Positions 41,312 through 52,200 are shown, counted from the stretch's first letter. The stretch is DNA of 64,000 nucleotides from an uncultured Gammaproteobacteria bacterium (GCA_963848305.1 CAWKDC010000001.1:1376001-1440000); one strand, 5' to 3'. Made by a program: numbers and translations. The notes: generated by a model from the letters alone, not told the origin.

Positions 41312-43414
41312 ATGAACAGTGCGGAAGAATTACAGGTCATATTTGATATTACCCAAGAAACTATTGGGGTAGTCAGGGTTGATCCCCTTCCATACGATCT
41401 TAGGGTGCTGCAGCATTTGAAAACCATTGTGCCGCGCGGATTTGACATTAATCACACTGATAAAAATGATTATTGCGCATTGGCATATGCTGCAGAATAT
41501 AATTTCATTGAAAGCGTTAAATATTTACTGTCATTCGATCATATTAAAACCAATCTACAAGTCAACGAATCAGAAGATGATTTGGGTGGAATACCATTGC
41601 ACATGGCGGCCTTTCGGGGCCACCTAGAGATCATACGGTTATTGGTGGCAAAATCACCCGATGACATTGATGTACCGGAATACTGTGGCTACACACCCCT
41701 CCATGAAACCGTGTTGAGCGGGCATTATGGAGCTTTCAAATTATTATTGCGCTTAGGCGCGGATGATGGAGCAGAAACAGGGCGTGATGTGTCAGCGATT
41801 GATGTGCCTAAAGGCATGAATACATTACAATTGATTGCGCATCGTGCCAGCGAAGATCCAAATAACCGCGTGTTCTGCGACATGTGGGCATTTTTGGTGC
41901 GTCAAAAATTACGCAAAAATGAGAGTATTATCGGTAATGCTTTGCCGGATGAAGATGACAGTGATGATGATTTTGCTGATCCAATGGCATATGAGTCTAC
42001 AAGCGCTCTCATCGAGCGATCAGGTCGCGATGATTTTAAAGAAGCTTATGAAAGAGAAAAAAAACGAAAAAAAGGCATAGAAGATCACGGTGAAGTATTC
42101 ACGGATTCTGATTCAGAATCGGATGCAGGTTATGATACAGATGACATAAAGGATGCTTCACCCGCACTGGCACTGGAACAACATTTTGCCGTTGACGCAC
42201 CAGACAAACAGTTAGTGCTTCATGCCAGGGGCAATCATTTTTATAAAAATCATGAAACCCTTGCGTCGAGAAGAAAGTACGTCAGATATTCGTCAGCAAA
42301 TGTATTAACAGCGTGGGGCATGTACAGTGCAGACGCTCATGCACGTGCTGAGGTAAGTTTGGCATTGCCAGATCACAATAACACCACCAGAGATATTCAG
42401 CTGGAACAAGCTTCGCAACAAACCAATGCGGTGCTGGCTGGTTTTCATGCGCAAAAAGAAGTTGCGCCGATTTTGCAGCGTGACAGCGCTGAGAGCATGG
42501 CTCGAAAATCATTTGAATCTCGTTTGATTGAATTGGTGCAGCGTTATGTCAATTCATATACAGCGTTGACGGAAGATATCGCCAATGCTCAAAACAAAAC
42601 GGAACGGGATTTTAGAAATGATCGTACCAAAGCAAAGCAACGTACCTTGGTGCAACTGAGGAAAAATCCTTTTGTGTCGACCTCTGAAGACATTGGTGTT
42701 GGTTTAGAATATGCATTCGCCCTCTTAAATTACGATAAAAAAGAGACGCATCGCCCCGTGCCGACACTCGATTTCACATTAACGCCAGAATATCAGCTGG
42801 ATGGGGATGTTAAGCATCCTTACTTGGGGGTAATATTCATCACGTTGCATACTGAACATGCATTGCAGGGTCATAGCCTTAACATTGCGGAATTGTTCCG
42901 CGACAACAAAATTGACCCGATGAAAGGACCCGGTACGCATGAAACGAGTGGTTATGTGCGCGCATTAGAGCATGTATTTTTCGGCGGCATTTCCAGTGAT
43001 CATGTCTGTTTGGCAAAAGTGGTACGTGTGCCGAATTTATATCATCCCTACCGATCATTTGTGATGACAAAATATGGCTTGACTGCTAACGAATATATCA
43101 AATATAAAAAGGATTTGGCTGAATCTGGCAAAATTGATCCCATAAATAAAAAAATGAAAAATGAGAAGGATTTTTATCGAACCCAAGAGCAACTCATTCA
43201 GCATGTGATCAGGTTTGAGCGAACCAAGCTTATCCGCGCGATACAGGCTTGGGCAAGAGAGAAGGGTGTCACCGTGGGTTCATTGGACGATAGGGGTCAA
43301 TTTGTGGCCAACATCGATATTGATATCCCAGCTAAAATTCGGCCGATGTCAATGCCAGGGTCGCCAACAGGCGGATTTAGGAGACAAACTATTTTATATG
43401 TTATTGATTTTTAG
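41312..43414 (+). CDS. Ankyrin-repeat protein with putative C-terminal ADP-ribosyltransferase-like domain; candidate effector
   Basis: Ank repeats (ALAYAAEYN, PLHMAAFRGHLEIIRLLV, TPLHETVLSGHYGAFKLLL); ARG / FVSTS / EHVFFGGI motifs. Confidence 0.8.
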   Translation: MNSAEELQVIFDITQETIGVVRVDPLPYDLRVLQHLKTIVPRGFDINHTDKNDYCALAYAAEYNFIESVKYLLSFDHIKTNLQVNESEDDLGGIPLHMAAFRGHLEIIRLLVAKSPDDIDVPEYCGYTPLHETVLSGHYGAFKLLLRLGADDGAETGRDVSAIDVPKGMNTLQLIAHRASEDPNNRVFCDMWAFLVRQKLRKNESIIGNALPDEDDSDDDFADPMAYESTSALIERSGRDDFKEAYEREKKRKKGIEDHGEVFTDSDSESDAGYDTDDIKDASPALALEQHFAVDAPDKQLVLHARGNHFYKNHETLASRRKYVRYSSANVLTAWGMYSADAHARAEVSLALPDHNNTTRDIQLEQASQQTNAVLAGFHAQKEVAPILQRDSAESMARKSFESRLIELVQRYVNSYTALTEDIANAQNKTERDFRNDRTKAKQRTLVQLRKNPFVSTSEDIGVGLEYAFALLNYDKKETHRPVPTLDFTLTPEYQLDGDVKHPYLGVIFITLHTEHALQGHSLNIAELFRDNKIDPMKGPGTHETSGYVRALEHVFFGGISSDHVCLAKVVRVPNLYHPYRSFVMTKYGLTANEYIKYKKDLAESGKIDPINKKMKNEKDFYRTQEQLIQHVIRFERTKLIRAIQAWAREKGVTVGSLDDRGQFVANIDIDIPAKIRPMSMPGSPTGGFRRQTILYVIDF

Positions 43415-43476
43415 GGCTTTAAAAGTTTGCGCATGGTGTTGAAACGGCATATAATCAAGGTGTCACAGGAGCAAGT

Positions 43477-45660
43477 ATGAAAAACATTACAAGAGATAAC
43501 ATCACAGCAGTCATGAATGAATGCCTCAAACAGTTGGTATTACAGAAATATGCGCCCATGGGCATCAACATTGATTTATCTAGCGTTCACAGGGAGTTTT
43601 TAGAAAAATCTCAACGTGTTTTTGAACGCGTGGAAGCATTGATGGCGGTCAACGACCTGCGCAGCGATGCGCATTATGTGGAGGCTTTTGTGATGGCCTG
43701 TGAAGAAGTGTTTAAGGAAGATATTAAAGGAGAATCAAATGAATCATTAAAGTCACGCATTACTACCAGCTTAAGCACACAATGGGAAGCAGCCTTTAAG
43801 CAAAAAGTAGTGGTAAATTTTAATGCTTATCAAGCATTATTGCAAAAAAAGAGAGAAGCACCGCAGCCTTCAGGGCTGAAAGCGACTGTTGCTCAAGACA
43901 AATCGGCAGCACAGAAAAGAAAGCATTTCAAGAAAATCACGAGACAAGATATCATCGATGTTGTGGAAGCGTGCATCCAGACAATAATCAATCCATCGCC
44001 CGCAGGTTTAACTGTTGGTGACATTGAAGGGTCTGAGTCGGCGATGGTCATACATGCGGATGTCGTTTCCCCTAACGAGATTAAAAATACCTCAGACCGT
44101 ATTTTCGCCGCCATGCAATTGCTCATGGATCATGCTGGTCGTCATGACGATGCTGCTTTTATGGCCAGTTTCTTATTGGCGGCTAAAATGGTTGTTTCGG
44201 ATAAATTAAGTGAGAGGAATCAAAATCCCAGTGAGATTTTATCTGGGGAGCTGAACAAGCAGCTGCAGATGGGTTGTGATATCTTTGACATCAATTCGCT
44301 TGAATGGGAATTTTATGATTTGTTATTAGAAAAGGGAATGGCGGAGGATTTAAAAAGTATCTCTGCCCAATTGAATGATGTGAGTATCGTCACATCAAAA
44401 TCAGCAGAAGCCATAAAAGTAGAAATACCTGTGACCGAGCTGGAACCTGCAGCCATGGAGTCAGCAGCAGGCGAATCTTCTTCAGCAATCGAGTTACCCG
44501 AAAATACCAAATTCGCGGACATTAGGTTGGATCAACTTGATGAATTGCTTAAAAAATATTTAGAACAATTGGTTAGGGGGGCTGAGTGGCATGCCTATCT
44601 ACACCCTTCAACAGAATTAGCAGATGACGAATACGAAGAGCTTGATCCTGTGGCCGCATCTTCAACAAGATTACCCCATGACAATGGTAAAGTGCCTCCT
44701 CCTCCCGAAGGTTCTCAGACCATGACTGCATTGATTCAAGAAACCACGAGAAATATTGATGCACATATGGGTGTAATGATAAACAAGGCGATTGCTAGGC
44801 TGCCAGGAGTTACAGGTGATCTCAAGCTGACTCCACAAAAACTGTTGATCGGGGCCTATGTTATTGCATTGAAGGTGCAGTTGGGTGCCGAGGGTGAACT
44901 TCGAGGGGTGGCATTGGCTCCTGAGCTTGCGGGATTTTTGAATATGAATGGATTGCAAGATGTGTCTAAGAAACAGATTGAAACAATCGAAGTAAATTTT
45001 TTGGAATTAATTGAGTATGATGCCTCTTATGGTCAGGCACAAACATCTTTTGCGTCGGCAACAGAATCGACAGGCAGTGCAGAGCCAAGCGTTTCTCAAG
45101 ATCCATTGCTCGCGGCTGCAGAGACTGAAAAGGAATCCATTTTGTTGGAAAAATATGCAGAATTGAAAAAAGCAGATATCGAAGAAATATCCGCGCCAGA
45201 AAAAATTGCTGAGATTAAAAAACTCTTAGAACTCATCGGCAATGCTTGCGAACAATATTTAGCTTCTATCAAAAAAGAATACCGTCTTTCATTCTTGAAA
45301 GTGAATGACCCAGTAAAAGTCAAATACGAGTATTTTTTGGATATCTTGAATATCGTGCGCAACAACACAGATAATGAAGTCCAAAAAATGGGTAAACTCG
45401 GCGCTAAATTCCAGAGCGCAGCACATGCCACCGTCATGAAATCATTATCGCAAGAGCGTGGCAGCATCTTTGGGGCTGCGTTGAGGGATATTGTGTCATG
45501 GTTCACCTTGTATTTTAGAAAATCGAAATTGGGTGAAGCGTTTGTAAATAAATTGAATACGTTGAGTCAAGTTAAAACATCAGGTACAGATGCTGAAGTG
45601 CTGGCGCGCAGCGCGGAAGCGTTGGTGAAAACGTCACCTAAGTTAAAACCAGGAAGATAA
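43477..45660 (+). CDS. Hypothetical protein (727 aa) with three divergent internal helical repeats; candidate effector
   Basis: AGGAG RBS; repeats begin KNITRDNI, KKITRQDI and ADIRLDQL. Confidence 0.75.
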   Translation: MKNITRDNITAVMNECLKQLVLQKYAPMGINIDLSSVHREFLEKSQRVFERVEALMAVNDLRSDAHYVEAFVMACEEVFKEDIKGESNESLKSRITTSLSTQWEAAFKQKVVVNFNAYQALLQKKREAPQPSGLKATVAQDKSAAQKRKHFKKITRQDIIDVVEACIQTIINPSPAGLTVGDIEGSESAMVIHADVVSPNEIKNTSDRIFAAMQLLMDHAGRHDDAAFMASFLLAAKMVVSDKLSERNQNPSEILSGELNKQLQMGCDIFDINSLEWEFYDLLLEKGMAEDLKSISAQLNDVSIVTSKSAEAIKVEIPVTELEPAAMESAAGESSSAIELPENTKFADIRLDQLDELLKKYLEQLVRGAEWHAYLHPSTELADDEYEELDPVAASSTRLPHDNGKVPPPPEGSQTMTALIQETTRNIDAHMGVMINKAIARLPGVTGDLKLTPQKLLIGAYVIALKVQLGAEGELRGVALAPELAGFLNMNGLQDVSKKQIETIEVNFLELIEYDASYGQAQTSFASATESTGSAEPSVSQDPLLAAAETEKESILLEKYAELKKADIEEISAPEKIAEIKKLLELIGNACEQYLASIKKEYRLSFLKVNDPVKVKYEYFLDILNIVRNNTDNEVQKMGKLGAKFQSAAHATVMKSLSQERGSIFGAALRDIVSWFTLYFRKSKLGEAFVNKLNTLSQVKTSGTDAEVLARSAEALVKTSPKLKPGR

Positions 45661-45664
45661 TTTT

Positions 45665-47389
45665 TTACCGTGCCGCAGGTCTCACCAAATGTGAGCGCAT
45701 CGCATTCAGTAACATTTCGTTTTCTGGGGCTATCTCCAATCCGCGGTTCCACACATTCACTGCTTCACTTTGTTGGCCTTGTGCCCACAATGCTTCACCT
45801 AAACGAGCGGCATAATCGGGATTATTCGTTGCTTGATAAGATTTAGCCAAATAGGGGATGGACGCTTTCACATCACCGCTTCTGAATTTAATCCAACCCG
45901 TGTTGTTCAACACCTCTGGATTGTTCGGAGAAATGGCAGATGCTTGATCATTGTAATGTTTTGCTTCATCCAGTTTACCTTCTGCAATCAACGTTTCGGT
46001 CATCATGTTGATTGCTTGAATGTGCTTGGGGTTGTTGCTGATCACAAATTTCAGATCTGTCACAGCGCTTTGTAACTCATTCAATTCAATCGCAACCAAG
46101 CTTCTTACGTAATGCAATTCGACATTCGCGTCAGTACTGCTATTGATGATTTGCGTCAGTGCTGCATAGGCAGCGCTGTATTGATTGCTGTCCAATAATA
46201 TTTGAGCGCGAACCAGCGCAATGCGTTCTGATTCATCAGGAAATTCTTTCGCCAAGCGATCGATATCATTCAAGGCTGTCTTTGCTTGTCCCAATTTTGT
46301 TTGGCACAAAGCCATTTGCACGCGCGCATTGACAACATAGGCGCCATCTTTCACACGACTGTAAAATTGAACAGCTTGATCATACTTGCCTGTTTCCTGC
46401 GCGATAAATCCACTTAAGAAAAAACCTTCATTCGAATTGGGGTTTTTTGCTTGATAAGCACGCAAATAAGTTTGTGCTTGGGTGAAATCATCCATTTGAA
46501 TGTATTGTTTGACGAGTTCAATGCGAGCATCATCACCATAAGTTTTATCGTTGCTGATCGATTTTAACATCGTCAAGCCTTTGTTTTGCTCACCCATTTC
46601 AAAGGCCATTTTAGCCGCCAACCATTTCAGTGCCGCGTTGTTCGGATCCTTGCCCAATACACTGTTTAAATAAGCGAACGCTTCTTTTTTCTGTCCTTTT
46701 TCATAGAGTAATTGAATGCGCAAGGCATTTGCGCGAATCCAATTTGGTTTGATCTCAAGAATGCTATCGAGGGTTTTATTGGCAGCATTTTGATCGCCCA
46801 TGTCATATTGTAAATCGGCAACAACAAACAAGGCGCGTGTATCTCTTTTCTCATTGCCTAGTGTCTGAAGAACGGCAATATAACGCTGTTGCAAAGTCGG
46901 ATCATCTAACGTGGAGTAGACTTGCATTAAATATTGCATGGTTTCTGTGTCTGAGGGCAGCAATAAGGCGGACAAATAGGGTTTCGCACATTCCAGGCAT
47001 ACTGTTCTCAGTGTGAGGCTGGCGGCAATGGCTTGCGTTTGCAAGTCCGCGGGCACTTTGTGTGCCCATAATTGGCTGATTTCTGCAGCTGCTTGATAAT
47101 TCTCTAGTTCTAGGGCAACGCTCGTGGCGCGTGCGGCGAATACGGGGTCTGTCATGTGCTGGGCGAGCCAGACATAATGGGGGAGTGCTTCATGGTACAG
47201 CCCACGATCAATCGCCACTTCTCCCGCAATAAAATGGTACGTTGGGCTTTGTTCGGCCTCTTGGTCAATGTAGCCCACGTCTTCCATGCCATTGTTTGGC
47301 TCCTGTTTGGAGCAGCTGCTGAGGATGGCCAAGGGAAGGAAGCTTAACATGGCAACCACTGTCATGCCTGTTTTAGTGAAGTAACGCAT
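45665..47389 (-). CDS. Tetratricopeptide-repeat lipoprotein (conserved hemA-divergent TPR gene)
   Basis: LSSC lipobox; multiple TPR-like helices; GWIKF...LGEALWAQG typical of this family. Confidence 0.88.
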   Translation of the reverse strand: MRYFTKTGMTVVAMLSFLPLAILSSCSKQEPNNGMEDVGYIDQEAEQSPTYHFIAGEVAIDRGLYHEALPHYVWLAQHMTDPVFAARATSVALELENYQAAAEISQLWAHKVPADLQTQAIAASLTLRTVCLECAKPYLSALLLPSDTETMQYLMQVYSTLDDPTLQQRYIAVLQTLGNEKRDTRALFVVADLQYDMGDQNAANKTLDSILEIKPNWIRANALRIQLLYEKGQKKEAFAYLNSVLGKDPNNAALKWLAAKMAFEMGEQNKGLTMLKSISNDKTYGDDARIELVKQYIQMDDFTQAQTYLRAYQAKNPNSNEGFFLSGFIAQETGKYDQAVQFYSRVKDGAYVVNARVQMALCQTKLGQAKTALNDIDRLAKEFPDESERIALVRAQILLDSNQYSAAYAALTQIINSSTDANVELHYVRSLVAIELNELQSAVTDLKFVISNNPKHIQAINMMTETLIAEGKLDEAKHYNDQASAISPNNPEVLNNTGWIKFRSGDVKASIPYLAKSYQATNNPDYAARLGEALWAQGQQSEAVNVWNRGLEIAPENEMLLNAMRSHLVRPAAR

Positions 47390-47529
47390 AGACACTCGCT
47401 ATTGTTCGTGATACTACCCTTATCTATCTGTCGATCGCGTGTGATCTTGAGCAAAATCAGGTAAAATAGTCCTTGGCGCGGCTTGGTTCCAGGCTGAATC
47501 TTATAACTACATGAATTTTAAGTGAATTT

Positions 47530-48756
47530 ATGGCCCTTTTTGTCTATGGCATACATCACAGCCGGGTACCGGTTGGTTTGAGAGAGCAGGTAGCACTGTC
47601 ACCTGCCCGGTTGCCTGAGGCATTGGCCGTTTTAAAAGACTGCGTAGAAGAAGTGGTGATCATTTCAACCTGTAATCGACTAGAAGTAATCTGTGAGGCT
47701 GACAAAGATTCGGGTGTTTTTGCCCGGTTTCTGAGCTGGATGGGCTTATCTTTCATAGAATGGGCACCATTAATAGATCAATATGAAGGAGAGGCCGCCG
47801 TTCAACATGTCATGGCTGTCGCTGCAGGGCTAGACTCCATGGTATTAGGTGAACCGCAAATCCTGGGGCAAATGAAGCAGGCCTATGCCGTGGCCCAAGA
47901 AGCGCAGGCTACAGGTAAAATATTGTCCAGGCTTTTTCAAAAAACTTTTTTAGCGGCAAAAACGGTTCGCACAGAAACAGGTATTGGCACACAATCCGTT
48001 TCCGTCGCGTCTGCCGGCATTAAATTGGCCAAACATATTTTTTCAGATTTATCGCAAAAAGCCGTGTTATTGATTGGCACGGGTGACATGATCGTCCTCG
48101 CGGCAAAACACCTTCACAGCGAAGGGGTGACACGCATGATCTTTGCGAATCGTACATTGTCGAAAGCACAATCATTGTCAGCAACCTATGGTGCTGAAGC
48201 AATTGCATTGGGGCAAGTGCGTGAGCGTTTGCATGATGTTGACATGGTAGTGAGTGCAACAGCGAGCGATGTGCCTATTATCGGGAAAGGTTGTGTCGAA
48301 CGTGTGATGAAATCACGTCGTCACAAACCCATGGTGATGATCGATTTGGCGGTGCCGCGAGACATTGAACCTGAAATCAAACAATTAGACGATGTATATT
48401 TATACGACATGGATGCGCTGAAAGATGTGGTCAAAGTGGGCTTGGCTGCGCGTGAACAAGCGGCTGTGTCCGCAGCAGCCATCATTGAAAAACAAATGGC
48501 TTCGTATCAACAATGGTACGCACTACAGCCCCGCATTGCGACAGTGCGAGCGTACCGTCAGCACCATGAGCAACTACGTGATGCGGCATTATCAAAAGCA
48601 ATGAAAGCGATATCACAAGGGCAGCCCGTCTCGCATATTTTAGAACAATTGGCCCATACACTCACCAATCAATTATTGCATTTACCCACATTGCATTTGA
48701 AAAATACCTCGACAGACAATTTACTACTGACACCCAAGGAAAAAGATTCCGCATGA
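47530..48756 (+). CDS. hemA: Glutamyl-tRNA reductase
   Basis: [37 protein letters not shown]. Confidence 0.97.
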   Translation: MALFVYGIHHSRVPVGLREQVALSPARLPEALAVLKDCVEEVVIISTCNRLEVICEADKDSGVFARFLSWMGLSFIEWAPLIDQYEGEAAVQHVMAVAAGLDSMVLGEPQILGQMKQAYAVAQEAQATGKILSRLFQKTFLAAKTVRTETGIGTQSVSVASAGIKLAKHIFSDLSQKAVLLIGTGDMIVLAAKHLHSEGVTRMIFANRTLSKAQSLSATYGAEAIALGQVRERLHDVDMVVSATASDVPIIGKGCVERVMKSRRHKPMVMIDLAVPRDIEPEIKQLDDVYLYDMDALKDVVKVGLAAREQAAVSAAAIIEKQMASYQQWYALQPRIATVRAYRQHHEQLRDAALSKAMKAISQGQPVSHILEQLAHTLTNQLLHLPTLHLKNTSTDNLLLTPKEKDSA

Positions 48757-49841
48757 ACGTATCCATTTCAAGAAAACTCGAGCGTGTTGTTGAGCGTTTT
48801 GAAGAGTTGCAAGGTTTATTGTCTGATGCAAGCGTGATTGCGAAAGCAGATCAGTTTCGTGGTTATTCGAAAGAATACGCGCAATTAGAGCCTGTTGCCC
48901 ATGTGTATCGTGAATGGGTGCAAGCTACAGCCGATCATATCACCGCGCAAGCGATGATGAAAGAAGGTGATCCTGAATTGAAGGCGATGGCGCAAGAAGA
49001 AATGTTGGCGTTGAACGATAAAATCGCGGATTTAGAAAAACAATTGCAAACATTGATGTTGCCACAAGATCCCGATGACAGCCGAAATGTATTTATTGAA
49101 ATTCGCGCGGGCGCAGGCGGCGATGAAGCATCGATCTTTGCTGGCAATTTATTTCGCATGTATACGCGTTATGCCGCGCTTCAAGGTTGGCAAACAGAAA
49201 TTGTGTCTGAAAATGCGTCTGAGCGGGGCGGGTTTAAAGAAATTATTTTGAAAATCATGGGCGATAATGTCTATGCAAAATTGAAATTCGAATCTGGCGC
49301 GCATCGCGTGCAACGTGTCCCAGAAACAGAAGCACAGGGACGTATTCATACATCCACGTGCACCGTGGCAGTGTTACCAGAAGTGGAAGAAATTGGTGCA
49401 ATTGATATCAACCCGGCTGATTTGAAAATTGATACGTACCGTGCTTCTGGCGCGGGTGGTCAGCATGTGAACAAAACGGATTCCGCCATTCGCATCACAC
49501 ACATTCCCACTGGCACTGTGGTTGAATGTCAAGATGAACGTTCACAGCATAAGAATCGTGCCAAAGCCATGGCCCTATTGCAAGCACGATTGTTGCGTGC
49601 AGAACGCGAGAAGCAAGAGAAACAACAAGCCGATACTCGTCGTAATTTGGTCGGTACAGGTGATCGATCAGAACGTATTCGCACCTACAATTTCCCACAA
49701 GGTCGATTAACAGATCACCGCATTAACCTCACGATCTATCAGCTCGAAGATGTGATGGAAGGCCATTTAGATCCCGTGATCAGCGCGCTTGTTCAAGAGC
49801 ATCAAGCTGATTTGTTGGCTGCGTTGCAAGATGAACGTTAA
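48753..49841 (+). CDS. prfA: Peptide chain release factor 1
   Basis: [19 protein letters not shown] (PxT), [17 protein letters not shown]. Confidence 0.98.
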   Translation: MNVSISRKLERVVERFEELQGLLSDASVIAKADQFRGYSKEYAQLEPVAHVYREWVQATADHITAQAMMKEGDPELKAMAQEEMLALNDKIADLEKQLQTLMLPQDPDDSRNVFIEIRAGAGGDEASIFAGNLFRMYTRYAALQGWQTEIVSENASERGGFKEIILKIMGDNVYAKLKFESGAHRVQRVPETEAQGRIHTSTCTVAVLPEVEEIGAIDINPADLKIDTYRASGAGGQHVNKTDSAIRITHIPTGTVVECQDERSQHKNRAKAMALLQARLLRAEREKQEKQQADTRRNLVGTGDRSERIRTYNFPQGRLTDHRINLTIYQLEDVMEGHLDPVISALVQEHQADLLAALQDER

Positions 49842-50646
49842 AGACGCTTTGAAACAAGCATCATCACTTGTTCCCATCGATGCACATGTGTTACTGGCGC
49901 ATGTTTTACGGACTACGCGTGCTGCGTTATATGCTTTCGACGATCGTATGATAACTTCTGAAGAAAAAACTAAATGGACAGCGCTACTGTCAAAACGTAT
50001 GGAAGGCTTTCCCGTCGCGTATTTAATCGGCGAAAAAGAATGCATGGGATTGATGTTTGAAGTCAATCCAGATGTTCTGATTCCTCGTCCCGATACGGAA
50101 TTATTGATTGAAACCGCTTTATCTTTATTGAAACCGGGTGCAACCGTGTTGGATATTGGCACAGGATCTGGCGTGATTGCGATTTCGATCGCATCTCATG
50201 CTGCTGATTGTTCAGTGCTTGGCTCAGACATTTCAACAGCCGCATTGTCTGTTGCAGCACGCAATATCTCAAGACATCATTTGAAAAATGTGTCTCTTCA
50301 ACAGTCTGATTTGTTTTCAAGCATCACAGCTTCATTCGATATGATTGTGTCGAATCCTCCCTATATTGCAGCGAACGACCCACATTTAAACAGTGATATT
50401 CGATTTGAACCTGCGTTGGCGTTAGTGGCTGGTGAAGACGGACTAGATGTGTTTCGACAATTGATAACACAAGCGCCTGCGCATTTAAACGCAGGTGGTT
50501 GGATTTGTTTGGAACACGGATATAAACAAGCGGCAGCGGTTCAATTGTTACTGAAAGAACAAGGTTTTCAAGCGATATCCACGTTGATAGATTTAGCTGG
50601 TAATGACAGGGTGACAGTTGCTCATTGGTTTGGATCAAGGTGTTAA
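49831..50646 (+). CDS. prmC: Release factor glutamine methyltransferase
   Basis: [32 protein letters not shown]. Confidence 0.96.
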   Translation: MNVKDALKQASSLVPIDAHVLLAHVLRTTRAALYAFDDRMITSEEKTKWTALLSKRMEGFPVAYLIGEKECMGLMFEVNPDVLIPRPDTELLIETALSLLKPGATVLDIGTGSGVIAISIASHAADCSVLGSDISTAALSVAARNISRHHLKNVSLQQSDLFSSITASFDMIVSNPPYIAANDPHLNSDIRFEPALALVAGEDGLDVFRQLITQAPAHLNAGGWICLEHGYKQAAAVQLLLKEQGFQAISTLIDLAGNDRVTVAHWFGSRC

Positions 50647-51039
50647 TATTTGTACGCCTGGAATTTTTTTGAAGTCTGCTGCATTGCTGGTCAGGACGAC
50701 ATAGCCGTGGGTAATTGCTGTGGCTGAGATTTGCAGATCATGAATTCCAGGGCCTGATTTGCGTGATTTAAGAAAATGTGCATAAAGCTCACTATATGTT
50801 CTTGCCACATGCTCGTCAAAAGCCAACGAGGGAATTTCATTAAGGATATGTTGGACAAAAGCGGATCGGATCATTCGCTCATCAACTGTCTTAGCCATGT
50901 GGACACCAGTCAGCAACTCAGCGACTGTGATCGTCGAAATAAAAACTTCTTTATGGTTTTTCAGAGTAGAGATTTTTGCAAGATCTATTCTGCCTTGTTC
51001 TGCAGCAATGAGAACATTCGTATCGAGTATTATTCCCAT
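50635..51039 (-). CDS. vapC: VapC-family PIN-domain toxin
   Basis: ILDTNVLI, ITVAEL, DLQISATA, LTSNAADF. Confidence 0.9.
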   Translation of the reverse strand: MGIILDTNVLIAAEQGRIDLAKISTLKNHKEVFISTITVAELLTGVHMAKTVDERMIRSAFVQHILNEIPSLAFDEHVARTYSELYAHFLKSRKSGPGIHDLQISATAITHGYVVLTSNAADFKKIPGVQILTP

Positions 51040-51305
51040 GGATTATCCAATTTGTTTTTGCTGTTCTCCCTGATTGTTTTGATATCTTCGCGCATGCTTG
51101 CTGCTGTGTTCCCCAGCTTTGGTGCACTCGCAATGAGATCGGCCAGCTCACTGAGTGGAAAACCGGTTGGCTGTGGGCGAGTCAACTCGGCTACAATATT
51201 TTTGCCTTTTGTAATTTGAAGGGTTTCGCCAGTGTAGCGGACTTTGTCCAGGTAACCGGAGACATTTCTGGCAAATTTTGTTGCAGAGACAGTTTCATGA
51301 TGCAT
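51030..51305 (-). CDS. Phd/YefM-family antitoxin
   Basis: VSATKFARNVSGYLDKV..GE..ITKG..VAEL; upstream of and overlapping vapC. Confidence 0.85.
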   Translation of the reverse strand: MHHETVSATKFARNVSGYLDKVRYTGETLQITKGKNIVAELTRPQPTGFPLSELADLIASAPKLGNTAASMREDIKTIRENSKNKLDNPWE

Positions 51306-51521
51306 AGCTAAAATCCTCTCAATTGTTCTGAGTATATCATATTCATAAAATATGTAAAGTATGTATTATACAGAATTTATTTACTATCAAGTGGTTTTTC
51401 TGAAATAAATCAGAAAGCTATGTTATCCTTCCCATAAAGGCTTTGTCATGATTCATGAGGTTAAATTTGCCATGCTCAATTGCTTTGATTATTACGCCAT
51501 TTTGAGACGTTTCGGCACTCG

Positions 51522-51667
51522 ATTTGAAAAATGTGTCTCTTCAACAGTCTGATTTGTTTTCAATTATCACAGCCCCTCCATTGTTACTGAAAGAACAAGG
51601 TTTTCAAGCGATATCCACGTTGATAGATTTAGCTGGTAATGACAGGGTGACGGTGGCCGTTCGGTGA
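51522..51667 (+). pseudogene. Internally deleted duplicate of the prmC 3' region
   Basis: 51522-51563 is identical to 50279-50320 and 51580-51651 is identical to 50544-50615; ends DRVTVAVR-stop. Confidence 0.9.
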
Positions 51668-52200
51668 TAACCATAATAAGTGAGCGCATTTTTTTGTGCG
51701 TCTGTTGTGTTTCGACGATGGGGCGCCTGAAGGTACCAGGCAACCAGGGCAATCAATTCGTCGGGCAATGCTTTCAGCAGGCAGAGGGTGTTGTTATCTG
51801 TTGGGGCTGCCCTGACTTCCCACAGCCATGCAGTGCTCTTCAACCCTGCCAATTGGGCTTTTGTATACACATCGTCTGGAGCAGGCGTGTTGAGATTGGG
51901 GTTGGGGACTATTGCATGAGAGATGGCGTAAGGCTGGAGCTGGAGGAATTGGTGGGCTAATTCATAATGCCCCGCAACCAAGGCTGCGGCAGCCAACCGA
52001 CCCGCCCGTTCAGGGCACTGCCTAAGAGAGAGAAGGGGAAGCCAGTGCTGAATCAAGTTTATGTTATTGTATTCTAAGGCTTCAAGGATGGCAGCATCCT
52101 GGCTGGCGGGCTTGCTGGACTTGAAGAGAGAGGAAGAAAAATCTAACTTATTGATTTTAAACAAAGCAGATGTCACAGTGTAAACGCTTAACAGTGGCAT
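51604..52200 (-). CDS. Small protein with degenerate ankyrin-like repeats and a C-terminal F-box-like motif; candidate effector
   Basis: AILEALEYNNINLIQHWL, LAAAALVAGHYELAHQFL; LLKALPDELIALVAWYL; AAGGGG RBS. Confidence 0.65.
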   Translation of the reverse strand: MPLLSVYTVTSALFKINKLDFSSSLFKSSKPASQDAAILEALEYNNINLIQHWLPLLSLRQCPERAGRLAAAALVAGHYELAHQFLQLQPYAISHAIVPNPNLNTPAPDDVYTKAQLAGLKSTAWLWEVRAAPTDNNTLCLLKALPDELIALVAWYLQAPHRRNTTDAQKNALTYYGYHRTATVTLSLPAKSINVDIA

